This document shows positions 24,000 to 36,801 of a DNA stretch of 64,000 nucleotides, piece after piece; the first letter of the stretch is position 1, and each line of letters starts with the position of its first letter. Below the pieces are notes generated by a model that was not told where the DNA came from, ran no database searches, and saw nothing but the letters and a program-made list of their open reading frames with translations. Both the position numbers and the translations under genes were made by a program. This stretch comes from Marsupella aquatica (lineage: Eukaryota; Plantae; Marchantiophyta), in NCBI GenBank assembly GCA_973895155.1, contig OZ316896.1:6748166-6812165 (forward strand), in the 5' to 3' direction.

Positions 24000-24680
24000 A
24001 TGGCACGGCCTAAAATTCAAGCCAAAAAGCGTGTGACAGAGGTGAGAAACACAGGTGTACTTGGGGCAGATGCTACTAACTTCTCTGCAAGTCAGATTTT
24101 CCAGAAGGCAGCTCATTGTTGTGCCATTTGTGACGATGGTGGGGGCCTGGTCATTTGTGAGGGCCCTTGCATGAGGCATTTCCACCTCAACCCGGAGTCT
24201 GACCTTGCTGCAGAAAACAACTGTCCAGGGGTGGGCCTCCCGTCAACACACCAGGGAGACTGGATGTGCACTGATTGTTTGGAGAAGCAGGCTAAGTGTG
24301 CACAGTGTGGGAAGTTGGGGTCCTATGAGGGCTCTGTTGATGCTGCAGCAAATGTTAGGAAATATCCAGACCGTTTTTGTGTGAGATTTTTCTGTTTTGA
24401 GTGTTTGCCTGCTCATGCCACAGCTTGCCCACTTCATAGGTGCAAGGCATGTGGTGAGCATGATGATGACTACTGGACTGACATAGTCCACTGTGCTAGG
24501 TGTCCCACTATGTGGCACTATCATTGCCTGAAAGATCATCAAGCAGAGGGTTATGCTTGTGACAGAGAAATCTATGATCACTCTGCACATGGTGTTGATC
24601 GATGGATATTTTATTGTCATCGCCATGCCATTGATCCTACCTCGCGCACTCCTGTGAGAGATCACATATCTTGGCTGTGA
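24000..24680 (+). CDS. Tandem PHD-finger protein, EDM2/NSD-type composite PHD (CACTA cargo)
   Basis: CAICDDGGGLVICEGPCMRHFH...CPG...WMCTDC...CAQCGKLGS...C..FFC..C...CPLHRCKAC...CARCPTMWHYHC...FYCHRHAID...TPVRDHI, as in EDM2-type PHD arrays. Confidence 0.85.
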   Translation: MARPKIQAKKRVTEVRNTGVLGADATNFSASQIFQKAAHCCAICDDGGGLVICEGPCMRHFHLNPESDLAAENNCPGVGLPSTHQGDWMCTDCLEKQAKCAQCGKLGSYEGSVDAAANVRKYPDRFCVRFFCFECLPAHATACPLHRCKACGEHDDDYWTDIVHCARCPTMWHYHCLKDHQAEGYACDREIYDHSAHGVDRWIFYCHRHAIDPTSRTPVRDHISWL

Positions 24681-25267
24681 AGCTGAACATTGTACATGCA
24701 CAGTGCACCTGATGTGGATGTACTATTTTTTGAGATTGCAGAGATTCCAATTTTGAAAAGGAGTTGGGTAGGCGAGTTTATATAGGCAGCACTTATCTTG
24801 TGCTCTGGCGTCAGTGGCTGGGTACATGCCTATACAAACTTATCCTTACAAGCCTTCTTGGAAGTATTTAGGCTGAGTGGTCATTTTCATAAACACTTTC
24901 ATCACACTGCTAAATTAAAACAGGACTTCTAAGTTGTAAGCGTATAAATTATCAGGCATGCAATTAATCAAATTGCCCTATAAGTTTGTCATTGAATGTA
25001 TCCTCCTTTACAACAAAATATGTATGTGCCATGACAAGTTGGTTGCACTTCATTTCACCACGGATATGGATTTTGTAGTATATATTCAAACAATGTCCTG
25101 CATCCGTGCAGGTGCCTAGTACGTATTGTGTGACATATCCCTTGTACCTATCAAAATCGGACCTGAGCACCAGTGGGCCAGATCAACTCAAAAAGCAGGA
25201 ATTTTGTTGTCCTTGTATTGTCAGGTGAACCCATTCTTCCAAAATTCACTGTCATCACGTAGGGTGT

Positions 25268-26146
25268 GTGTACATGGAGCCTGGTAAACGTAGAAAGTGT
25301 GACCACCCAGCAGTGTTTACAGGGGTCAGAGCGATTTTGGTCCATGGCCAGCATGGGTTGACCAAAGTGCATTGGCCAACTGTACAGAAACGATTCTCTG
25401 AGCTCCATGGCACTGTAGTTCAGGACATCACTCCAGAGACTACACATGTTGTTGCAGGGACATGGCTATCAGTGATAAAGAAGTGGTCATGGTCCTACAT
25501 GAATTCTGCAATTACTAAGCAAGGCCTAAAAGTAGTTGAGGCCTCTTGGATCACAGATTCCATAGCACATAAGATTGTACAGGATACTGAGCAATATGAG
25601 TTGTGGGAGGATGAAGAAGCTACTGCATCAGCTTGGGCTGAACAAGAAGTCTGGGAAGCAAAGGCACGGCTTGCTGATCTCCAATATGGACCTGTACTCA
25701 ACAAAGGACAGAGCTCTACAAGGCTGAAGAGTATGTTGGCTGAGGAGACGAAGCAACCAACCCCCATTCTGAAAGGGCTGAGCATGGTATTTGTGGAGGC
25801 GGGAATTGGAGAGGTTAAGTGCAAAGTGTACAAGTCCACAGTGCTTGACCTAGGTGGGACAGTGGAGGAGAATATAACAGAGGACACCACTCATGTCATT
25901 ACTAAGTCATATCCCAAAGCCTGCCGCAAGTTTGGGAAGGGAGACATTCGCTTTTATGTCATGTCCCATAATGTGTTTGTGGTTTCATATGCTTGGCTTG
26001 TGGAATCAGTAGCAGCTGGGAAGCGTCAAAACCCAATGGACTATGATCTTTTTGAGGCCTGGCCACGGAAGGGTCAGGATCCTTACAGAGAGGACTATGA
26101 GACAACAAGTGAGGAATGGGTCATTAGCGATTCTGAATCAGAGTGA
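25268..26146 (+). CDS. Tandem BRCT-domain protein (CACTA cargo)
   Basis: Two units: VFTGV...LHGTV...TTHVVA...VVEASWITDS and ILKGLSMVFV...LGGTV...TTHVIT...VVSYAWLVES. They resemble Pol lambda-type BRCT. Confidence 0.85.
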   Translation: MYMEPGKRRKCDHPAVFTGVRAILVHGQHGLTKVHWPTVQKRFSELHGTVVQDITPETTHVVAGTWLSVIKKWSWSYMNSAITKQGLKVVEASWITDSIAHKIVQDTEQYELWEDEEATASAWAEQEVWEAKARLADLQYGPVLNKGQSSTRLKSMLAEETKQPTPILKGLSMVFVEAGIGEVKCKVYKSTVLDLGGTVEENITEDTTHVITKSYPKACRKFGKGDIRFYVMSHNVFVVSYAWLVESVAAGKRQNPMDYDLFEAWPRKGQDPYREDYETTSEEWVISDSESE

Positions 26147-26579
26147 GGAGTAGTAGCATCAGTTTGGACACAAGTTTTTTTGTATAAATCAGATCATTGA
26201 AATAAATGTGATCTTTGAACTAATGTACCTTGTTATGGTTGGTGGCAGTTGGGCTTATTTTACTGTTGGCGGATTGTTGTTTCCTGCTGCCTGGGGGTGT
26301 CACTGTAAACGTACATGCAGAGGCGGTACATTTGAGGACAGCGGAGGAGGTGGTGACACCCTCCAACATTTAGAAATTTTGTGTCATTCACTTGACAATA
26401 GGTACACTACTTGCGAACCTGTTTTTTTCTTTTGGGGTGGTTTAGGGTTTGTGAGAATTTAGTACACGTTATGTTAACTCTTTTGGCAGATACAGTCAGG
26501 GATATATGGAACACAAATACCACCATTAGGCATCCTTGTTCACTGCTGTCCATGACTGCAGAGCTCCCAGCCTGTTACA

Positions 26580-29500
26580 ATGCACCCTGGTCACCACCCT
26601 CCCCAGACCCAGCCCAGGGCACAGGCACTGCCTTTGCATCATCCCACAAGGATATCACGCCATGATAATAAGCTTTGGCAGCGTGAAAGGTTACGAACCA
26701 GACTTTCAGGAGCCAGTAGGATGAGATGTCCTTGTGCAATCTGCCAAGGATCCCGTACCAGGGGTCTGAATGAGGTTTGGCGGCATATCGCGGTTCATGG
26801 AAGAGATCCACGACATCGAGTTTGGAATGATCCTGCAGAGGAAGATTCTTCCGACGAGGAGTGGAGGTTAGAATTTGATGCTGCCAATGCTGCAAGACGG
26901 GCAAGTGAGGTTCTGCCTGGTGCATTTGAAAATGTTGTAGCTGGTCTCTGTGGGTTGTCAGCTCTCCAACGGGATGGTGCTCAGGCAGCACCACGTGACG
27001 AAGGAATTCATGTGGAAGAGATGGTGAGAGACATCTTCCAAGACTTGGATGCATTTCATGATGGGCTGGACAATGAAGAGGATACGGCTGCAGATGCAAG
27101 TGTGCCCCCTGTCGAAGAGCCTCTTGATGAGTTTGAGATAGGGCAGGAAACCCCTGGGCATGATGGGATGTTTGGCTCTCCCCTGCAAATACAGGAAGGC
27201 AGGAAGTCTTTGTACCCCGGTAGCAAATGTTCTAAACTGGGATTTGTCATCATGTTCCTGAACATTTGCGGCAACCACAATGTCCCCAACGTTTTGGTTT
27301 CTGAGTTGTTGGCATTCTTGCGAACAACTGTGCTACCAGATGGTAATATTTTGCCCAAGAACATGTACGAGGCAAAAAGATGCATATCTAATCTTGGATT
27401 GAACTATGATTCGATCCATGCCTGTCCTGATGGGCATGTTCTTTTCAGAAAGGAGTATAAAGAATCGTTGACATGCCCTAAGTGTGGGAAGCACAGGTAT
27501 CGGAACTCAGGAAAGTCTATGGTTCCCGCCAAGGTACTTCGTCATTTTCCACTCATTCCCAGACTTCAGCGGATGTTCAGAAGCCGTGCCATCTCGGAGA
27601 TGATGACTTGGGCAACTGACAAGAAAAGTGATGATGGGCTACAACGACATGCTGCAGATTCAAGGCAATGGAAACTCATAGATGAGATGTATCCCGAATT
27701 TGCTGCTGAGCCGAGGAATGTCAGACTTGGGCTGTCATTGGATGGGGTAAACCCATTTGGAGACAAGAACAACAAATTTTCATGCTGGCCTGTAACTATT
27801 TTGAATTATAACCTTCCTCCTTGGATGACTACAAAGCGATTTTTTGTTCTGATGGTCCTACTGATACCAGGGCCAGACAGTGCTGTATCTGCCAACATAG
27901 ATGTGTTTCTGGCTCCCCTAGTGGAGGAATTGAGAAAGCTTTGGGAGGAAGGAGTTCTCACATATGATGTCCTACAGAGGCTTGGGAGGTTAAACCCATT
28001 CATCCTTAGAGCCATTGTCATTCTGACTATAGCTGACTACCCAGCCCATGGGATGATATCAGGCCAAACAACAAAAGGATATTGTGCTTGTACTATCTGT
28101 GGGCGCAATGTCACCAGTGAGTACTCCAGAGCCCTGCAGAAAGTGATATACATGGGCCATCGTCGTTTTCTGAAGACAGATCACCCTTACAGAGAAAGAC
28201 AGGCACTGATTGCACACTTTGGCAATGAGATTGAGCAACGTGGACCCCCGGCACGAGTGACCAAAGAGGAGATCAGGCAGTGGGGAGCACTGAGGGATGA
28301 CTATATCAAACGAGGGGGCAGGGAAGATGGAGTGAGTGATCCAATAAAGCGATATGGTGTAAAAAGACTGAGCATATTGGACTTGGAGCTCAAGTACTGG
28401 AGGGTAAGCCTCTTGGAGTTGATGCTAATTGGGATACATGTTTTGGTTCAGAGCATGTGCATTCATTTCGAAGAGAGAGACTAAACTTGAGGCATTTCCT
28501 GACGCTTTTGCATTGCAACGATGCAGGAGTTTGAGCCAAGCAAACATAACATTGATGTTATGCACATTGAAAAGAATATTTGTGAGAGTCTACTCAGATT
28601 CTTGTGTGGAGAGAAAGACACTGGTTCAGTGAGATTGGATCTTGAACAGAGGGGAATGAAACCCCATCTTTGGTTGAGGCCACATGCCCACAGAGCTGAT
28701 GTGCTCTTGAAGTACCAAGCGCCCTATGTTCTGACAGACACAGAGTGGGAACTATTTGTGCAGAGGTTGAGTTCTTTGAAGGTTCCTTCAAACTATGGCA
28801 GTGCTTTCAAGAAGCATATCATGACTAGAAAGCTTGGTAGTATGAAAAGCCATGACTACCATATGTTGATGCAACAGGTGTTGCCTTTATGCCTGAGGGG
28901 CCTGTTGCAGAAGCCTGTTCGTACTGTGATCATGCGACTCAGTGATGTGTTTCGTCGTATTTGTGTGAAGGTTTGGGATGAAACACACTTCCCACAACTG
29001 ACAGAAGATGTCGCTCAGGTGCTGTGTGACCTGGAGATTTATTTTCCTCCCGCATTTTTTGATGTCATGACCCACCTACTTGTCCATGTTGTGGAAGAGC
29101 TACACCAATTTGGGCCTGTGAGTGCTCGTTGGTTGTACCCTTTGGAACGGTACATGAAGCTACTCAAAGGTCACGTGAGAACATATTACAAACCTGAAGC
29201 AAGCATGGCTAAAGGTTACATCAAGGATGAGACTCTGGGATTTCTGACCGAATACATAGCACAATATGAGCATGTGAAGACCAGGGTGTGGAATTCTGAT
29301 GAGGAGGAAGGGGTGGTAGGTGAAGTACTGGAAGGGGCTGCAACCACAAAGAACCTGACCATATCTATGAGAGACTTGGCACATGACTTTGTATTGCACA
29401 ACACTGTGGTGATGGAACCCTGGATACAGTGAGTGCATACATGTGCTATAATCCAGTTCATGAGCTTAAATGTTGTGTTCGTGTGGTTTTCTCCTTCAGC

Positions 29501-30311
29501 CTGTTCATGTTTACCCAAGCTAATGCTGTGTGGTTGTTCGTTCAGGGAGTATGAGTCATTGAAGGCGGCCCATCCCACTGCAGGAACAACTTTTCCAGGT
29601 TTCATGGAGTGGATCAGAGTGGCAATTAGAGAGCATCACGAGACCCACCCAGACATGGATGCAGATGTTTACCTACTGTCTAATGCCCCTAGCCTGAAAG
29701 TGAAGACTTACAAACGGATGAGAGCATATGGGAATCACTTCCGAGTGAAGGATGGTGACAGTGCCTACAGGGTGACGAATGACTGCGGGCTCATCACTGT
29801 ATTTGAGCAACAGAGCCACAATCACGACAGGGCCTGGATGGAGATGGGATATGTGGGAGAATTAGTTGACATATGGGCTCTGGACTATGGGGCGGTGTCC
29901 AGTCCTGTGATTCTTATGAAAGGTTCATGGGTGCGGCAGGATTGGCTTGGTAACAGGGCTACCATGAAGAGAGACAACGACGGTTTCTTGCTGGCCAATT
30001 TCAGAGGGAAATTGCCCGAATGGTCTGAGCCATTTGTGTTTCCTAGTCAGGTGGAGCAAGCTTTCTTCCTGGATGTGGAAGACTCCCCAGGTTGGTGTGT
30101 AGTGTGTCATAAACAGGCCAGGCAACGCCGGATGGAAGGATCAAACCTTGAGTTTCATTTACACTCTCATAGTGCCTTTGATCGTCGGCGTTCAGACCAA
30201 GTGCCTGTAGTTCATGATAGCGGGGACTTCATTCCTGTGACAAGGGTAGATGCATTTGCTGAAGGAGGCGAATTCAGAGATGCAGATGCCAACAGTGTGC
30301 CTGTGCCATGA
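26580..30311 (+). CDS. CACTA TnpD-type transposase (transposase-associated Zn domain, Transposase_21, DUF4218, DUF4216); exons 26580-28403, 28527-29428, 29546-30311
   Basis: MRCPCAIC...H...HG; IHACPDG; RNVRLGLSLDGVNPFG; IADYPA; DVMHIEKNICE; MKSHDYH; WLYPLERYMK; EPFVFPSQVEQ. GT-AG introns are phase-compatible and give an open frame of about 1160 aa. Confidence 0.93.
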
Positions 30312-30467
30312 GTAATGTGAATTGTTTGCATAGACATTAGTGAGGGGAAGGATGTGTAATAAAGTAATTCTGAAGCAACACAGATGTATGGATGGATGCC
30401 TGGTGATTGTGGTTGCATTGTGTTATACGGGGTGACCATAGATGACATGTTTTTGTGGTCCAGTAGG

Positions 30468-33400
30468 ATGGAACAGAGTGACACAGAGATGTGTGAGTAT
30501 GAAAGGAAAGCTATGGAACAACGAGCATACGTGAAAGCCAAAATCGCAGAACTGGATCTGGAAAAGGATGTGGCTGAATTGTAAGGGAACGATTCTCAAC
30601 TACACCCCTCCGCTGAGTTTGTGTGACATGAATAGTTCAATGTGGCACTGAAATTGTGACTGTATTCTCATATTGGAATGTCGCAGAGCCACAGCATTTT
30701 CAAAGAAACAAAAGGAGTACGCAAGAAGGGTGACCAGCACTATCTCTGGGCCTGTGCGTCGGAGTGACAGGTTGAGCAAGAAGGTCGTACCTACAATGGC
30801 AGAATGTGGAGATGACATTGATGCTGCACAGGTGGGTGCAGACACTAGACAAGAAGATGCAGATGATGAGTATTTTCCAGAGGAAATGGATGAGGATGGG
30901 GGTTATGAAGATGAATACATTGCAGAGCAGCCCCAAAAGAAACATGTAAGTAGTTTTCCCAACAAGGTTTTGAGTTAAAAACTCTTGTTTAGAGGTTTCA
31001 TATGTTCAGTACTACACATATGTACCTTGCTTAGTTCCTGACATTGTAGTTGGTGATGTGATGCAGCGTCCTGCCAGTTCTGTTTTGCCTTCGAAGCCTG
31101 TGCATGCACCATACCAGCAGGGGGGGCTGACCTCTGATCAAGGTTGGCGAGGTGGTAGTAGTGGTAGATCCCAGGCTGGTGCCCAATACTATGGCAGGGG
31201 GCAAGCTCTAGGTTATGCCCGTGGTAGAGGCAGAGCAGGTCCAAACCCACAATCTCGTGGGTATGGACGTCCACCTCAACCGTGGGGATGTGAGTATATA
31301 TCTATATGCCAGTTCTTTGTGAAGGCATGGCACTCCTGAATTTCAGACTGCATATCAATTTTTGACATTGTTTGGGATGTATTGGATTCAGACAACATGA
31401 AATTCTGTCCACCTGCCATTGCATGCAGATTCTGCCCAACCTGATTGGGCAAATGCTAGTAATGATCAGTTCCAATGTCCACAAGGACAGACATGGGTTG
31501 AACCAGGTTGGGAGGATGGTGGTGGGTCGTGGAATGAACAAGGTTGGGAAGGTGGTGAAGGTAATTGGCAGGGATATCAAAATTCAGTACCTACAAACGC
31601 TGGAAGAGGAGCAGGTAATGTCTGATCTTGTCAGCAATGGAAGAACTCATTATATGTGGAGTCCATTCACGTGGGGGGGACTCTGCACATGTATAATGAT
31701 AGAAAATGTATGTGTGCAGGTTGGACAGTCGAACCATCGACTCAAGTATTCACTAATGCCCCTATGCAGATGCAGCACGGAAGGGGGACAGGTATGTCGG
31801 TGAATGTTCAGTTGTTTTCCTACAGTTTGTACTTAGTTTTCAGTACATATGTTTGCACACACATACCTAGAAAGTGACATCATCCGGCCCCTGTACTAGG
31901 CTGGACAGGTGGTCCAGGGTCGCAACAATTTCAGAGTGCAGTCCCTGCACAGGCATCTACAGGCAGAGCTACAGGTATGTATGTTTGAAGAATTTTTCTT
32001 GAAGTGAAGCATTGAATGTTGCCGTCATCCATTCTGCTATATGTAGTTCTCAAGCATGAATGGCATTGTATTTTCCCAGGTGGCTTCAGAACCCCAGGTA
32101 GGGTGAATGAAGGGGTGGCCAATACAACGCCCAGTACTACCGAGAGCAGTGCACGAGGGGAGGTGACAAAGAAAGGGAACGTAAAGTTGAATGAGAGACA
32201 ATGGGTGGATGCTGAGTGTCCTCGCAAGAACCGATGGCATGCTGATTTGAAAGCTGAAGTATTGCGTTGGTTAGATGTGAGTGTTATTAATTTTAAAAAA
32301 CAGCATCCAAAAGATTGGAAGACTGTATGTGAAAATGTTGCTGCCAAATGGAATTATGTGGGCAGTGATGATGGCGTGGACATAGGTTGCCTAGAGAGTA
32401 CAGCAGGTAAAATTATCAAGCAAGAGAGGTGGAGAATGCATAAGGCTTGGAAGGAAGGTGGGGAGAAGCCAGATATGCCTCCACCAGCCAGTTGTGATGA
32501 TAAAGTGTGGGCAAGGTTAGTAGCTTATTTTGTAACAGATGCTTCAAAAAAGAAGAGTTCACAGATGACCGAGGCCAGGTTGAGTGTTCAGAACCCTAAT
32601 CTGACAGGAAGGACCGGCACTGCACCGACAGCTAAACGTTTGGTAAGAATGAATGGCCTAGCTATGTAATTTATGCTACACTATGTACTATTTTTTAGTG
32701 TACTGTCCCTACATGTAAACTTTGTTTTTTAGTGTACGTTCCCTGAATATTGATCGATAACTTGTGTTTGCCATGCATGTGCAGAAAGCCCAATTGGGGC
32801 AAAGCCCTTCAAAAGAAGAGTTGAGGGCTGAAATTGTGAACACCCGGGCTCAAGAGGGTGCATCTGAATCCTCCAAGCATGTAAGTTATATGAGTTCTGA
32901 TTGGTAATTGAATGACCTGCGTTGAATTTCAGGTGTACACTGTATATAACATTGATTGTGCATATATTGCCCAACATTTCATATGGAGTGATTGAACCTA
33001 TACCCCTGTGTCATGTAGGGAGGTGGATCTTCACTTACAGAGATAAGTGGTCGTTTGAAGGCTGTCGAAACATGTCTTCCAGAGATCAATGAACGTTTGA
33101 ATTCATTGACTGACTTGTTCCATGTGAACTTCAAGACATTAATGGAAGCTGTTGTGTCGGTGAGAGATAAAATTGATTCCAATTCTGCAGGAGTTCCACC
33201 ATCACCACTTGAGGTGGCAAAGTCGATGCACTCTTCTGGCATGCCAACGACATGTAGGCTTGAAGGTAAGGCCTTTACAACTGTGTGGGATATGATTATT
33301 AAATGTATAGTTTGAATTGACATTGTTTGTTGAATGTGTTATTTTCAGTAACATATATTGTGGTTGTTGTGTCCATAGAGAATAAGACAGGTGCTACAGA

Positions 33401-34175
33401 GAAGAAGTATGAGAACCTGGCAAATACTCGCTGTAATTTAGAGGCAACAAAGTTGCAGTCTGTACAAGCAACTTGTTTGACAGAGGGCAGTCAACCATGT
33501 TTGGATGAGGATGACATTGGCAAGGGAGTGGATGATATCAATGTTGGGGCAAATGAGGATATCAGCAAGCATGACAATGATACCATTGAGCCAGATTCAT
33601 GCTATGTAGATCTTGACTCCATTGCAGAGATAAATGATTTGCAGAATGTATCATTCTCAATGACAGGTGTGCCTCTTGTTGAGATAAATCCAACCAAAGA
33701 GTTAGTTGGTATGACACTCCCAGGTGATGAACCTGCTACTGTGACAGTCCTAACAGAGGAACCTACTGAGCCTAGCTTCACTACTGTGAAGAGAGGAAGC
33801 ATGCGCACACGAAGCAAGTCTGCTGGTGGGAGCAGAGCCACGTCAAAGGTTTCATACAAACCTCCAAGAACAGTGCTGGCAGAAAGATCTAAGGTGGAAG
33901 TGGGGAAAGCACCTAATGCTGAGGGACAAAGTGGCTTGTTAGCTGTTGATGAGAGTGGAACACGAGTAGGATTTGCCAGAGTGCAGGTTGGTTCCACAAC
34001 GTTCCATGGCAAGAGGATTCCCCCAGGTTATTCAGTAGTGTTAGTCACATTACTAGTGAAACCTAAAGCTGTCCTTCCCATTCCAAACACAAATGATGAT
34101 CCTCCTCAAAAGACACTTGGAGATGCTGCAGGTTCTTTGGTATTATGGCCAAGCAAGTTCATAGAGGATCCATAA
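30468..34175 (+). CDS. CACTA TnpA-like multi-exon accessory protein (Transposase_24-like and Tnp1/En/Spm C-terminal domains)
   Basis: VWARLVAYF...KKSSQM..AR...NLTGRTG (32016-32669) and TFHGKRIP...LPIP...TLGDA.GS.VLWP (33327-34175). Upstream acidic and RG-rich exons have approximate boundaries. Confidence 0.75.
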
Positions 34176-35030
34176 CAATGTCATGCCATTATTTGTTTGT
34201 AGTGTGAGTCATGTTATGTAGATTTTAGATGTCAAGAAACAGTACAAGAATCATGTCCTCTTGGAGATTCATAGTATCATGCATGTGCTTTCAGTTATCT
34301 CATCCTACAGTCATCAATTATGAGTTCCTGTTTTGTCTAAATTACATTGATCACATTGTAAACTATTCCATTGGAATTCAAATGATCTTCATTTTTTAGC
34401 AAGATTGTGATTGTGTTTAATTCTTATGAATGTTTTATGTAGGATCTGCTTATATGATGCTTTGTTTCATGTGGATGTCATTCATGCTATGTTCATTTCT
34501 TGTATTCAATGTGTTATATTTCTAAAGTTAGAACATCAGGTTTCTATGTATTGTAATGTCGAGTGCTCTCTCTTCTTATGAACTGTCCCTCTGTGTTCAT
34601 TAGTCATGGTTATAACTTGCATGTGATCCTTATTAGTTATAAACATGAGTATATAGAGTCCCAAATGGTTCTGTTGTGTGACGCGGGCCAGGGTCTCCAT
34701 TGGTCTCTCCTGTGACACTAAATAGTCACACGCTAGTCGTTGTTGAATGCGGGTAAGTCATGTATGTGATTTACGATGTGACTCGCTGAAGTCATATTGC
34801 AGTCACGTCGAAACAAGGCTAGACTCCACAATAAAGTCACAGATCAGTCACAAATGGGTATCAAGCAAGTTGCAAAGCCCAGTATCAATAGTGACTTCCA
34901 TTTTTTGGTCTCAACTTTTGCAACTCCAAGGGTCACAGCGTGGGTCAAGTCACGTTGAGTCACAATGAAGTCACATGAGCCAAAATGAGTCATATATTGC
35001 GGTCTCAGTTCACCTCGGATTCTTCTAGTG

Positions 35031-35945
35031 CAGGGTATGGAGAAGATGTTCAAAGTTGGCTTTGAAGATGACTTCTCTATCAGGGTCTAGAAACAGAGGT
35101 TTGGGTACTGGATTTCTATGCACTTTGTTTGGGATTGTGGTCAGGTCAAGATGGAACAACAAAGGCAAGTGTGAAGACTTTGGTTGTTGATCAAGTATTT
35201 GAAAGTCAACCACTCTAGTGGCAGAGGTAGGTGTGGCAAGAAGGTAATCAATGGTACTACATCCTTGTTTAGATCTAAAAGTGTAACCAGATGATTGGGG
35301 AAATCTCTCAAGCCTATTCAATATTCTTAGATTACAAGAAGCTCCCAAATGCAAAAAGTGACGTGTCATGTCATTTGTTCTGGTGTCAAGAGCCTCTCTC
35401 ACCCAAGGTAGCTCTTCACTACATGATGACCAAGGTAAAGTTCCTAAGTCCTCACTTTCAGTAAATTGTTCATTAGATACCCTGGCATTAAAGTCCCCCA
35501 CTATCCATGTCTCCCCTAGTGGTGATATATCATGAATGACTTGGATTAACCTATGAAATGGATAATGTGCATCAGCAATTCCCATCTTATAGACATTCAT
35601 ATTAAGGGGAGCAAAGTAGGTGACAATCAGAAATGATGGAGTACCTCTGGTATGAAGTCTCACCACCATGAACTGCTTGCTGGGATCTTCATGCTCAATA
35701 GAGGTGATGTGTTGAAGTTGATTCTTGGTGTAGACAGCAATGCCTCCAAACCCTCTTCCCCGTGTGGTCTTCTTCTCATTGAAGATGGATTGTATGCAAG
35801 TAAAGCCTTTAATGCTAGGTAGAGCATTTCCCTCATATTCCCAAGTCTCCGTGAAAAGCAAGATGTCAAAATTCTCAAACAAAGGTTCCCCTCCAATTGC
35901 TGTTTCTATGGAAAGTCCTGAAACATTCCATGCCATGACTCTCAA
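35031..35945 (-). CDS. LINE ORF2, AP-endonuclease part
   Basis: MAWNVSG, FTETW, GGIAVY, VGDFNAR, STIDY, SSHLP (the usual SDH reads SSH). Confidence 0.92.
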
Positions 35946-35957
35946 GGTCCCGATCCA

Positions 35958-36731
35958 TCATTTAGAAACAACTCTCTTCTTATTGGTAACAACAGCTTGT
36001 CCATTGCGCAAGTAGGCTACCAATCCTTGGTCTTTGGCTACCCTCACCTTCTCAAGCTCAATTTTCCTTGCTTGGACTTGTGTGGGAGTCAGATCATCAT
36101 CCAACCAAATCCTTAGCCCTTTAAGCATGCTCCTGTTAGTCATCACTCTAGCTTTCTCGGATTCAGCTGCAAACTTCACCAAGATTGGACGTGGAAGGTC
36201 CCCCTTCTTTTGCCCAATCCTATATGCTTGCAAAATGATAGGGTCATGCACTTTCATCTGAGATTGGAAGAATGAAATTGCTACCTTCTTGGTGTCTTCC
36301 TTCTCCTCCTCAACAAGGCCTGATATTTTGCAGTTGCTGACTCTTGCATGCTGGTTCTTGTGTTCTTCCTCTGGTGCTCTCCTCTCCTCCTCCTTGGCTT
36401 GGACAAATTCCATATGTGATTGTTTTGCAGCCTGTGCAAAGGTTTTGAGCTTTTCCTCAATCTCCCCTACAGCCTCATGTATCACTGATTTCTCTGGGCA
36501 CATACTCTTCTCCATGTCTCCAAAACACGATGCAAGCAATGAGAGTTGCTTACCATTCTCCTGAGTTTGAGATCGAAGATCACTAATCAACCTCTTTTGC
36601 TTGACATTCTCATTCTTTAGCTCCGTCACCTCCTTGCTGAGTGTGGTAATCTCAATTGCGGAGTTTTCAACCACAACTAAGATTTTCTCAAGCAAAGCCT
36701 TGAGATGGGCAATCTCCTCCGTTGCCATCAC
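35958..36731 (-). CDS. LINE ORF1 (coiled coil plus RRM-like domain)
   Basis: Heptad-rich N-terminus, then NCKISGL...AYRIG...PRPILVKF...IWLDDDLT. Confidence 0.85.
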   Translation of the reverse strand: MMATEEIAHLKALLEKILVVVENSAIEITTLSKEVTELKNENVKQKRLISDLRSQTQENGKQLSLLASCFGDMEKSMCPEKSVIHEAVGEIEEKLKTFAQAAKQSHMEFVQAKEEERRAPEEEHKNQHARVSNCKISGLVEEEKEDTKKVAISFFQSQMKVHDPIILQAYRIGQKKGDLPRPILVKFAAESEKARVMTNRSMLKGLRIWLDDDLTPTQVQARKIELEKVRVAKDQGLVAYLRNGQAVVTNKKRVVSK

Positions 36732-36801
36732 AAAGCTGAAACTGTTGTTAGAATGTACTCTTATACGACAAATAGAAATTGGGAGCAGTAGAGGATGTCA
36801 A

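Larger units (their letters stand above)
16787..35030 (+). mobile_element. CACTA (En/Spm) DNA transposon copy A, 18244 bp, apparently complete
   Basis: TIRs CACTAGAAGAA at 16787 and TTCTTCTAGTG ending at 35030. TSD CAG at 16784-16786 and 35031-35033. AGTCAC/GTGACT subterminal repeats at about 34677-35000. TnpD and TnpA present. Confidence 0.95.

Noticed and set aside
23349-26450. Single telo-box-like TTTAGGGT motifs in the CACTA (also 50849 and 54578)
   Set aside because: One to 1.5 units are expected by chance or as ordinary telo-boxes, and they are not insertion events.
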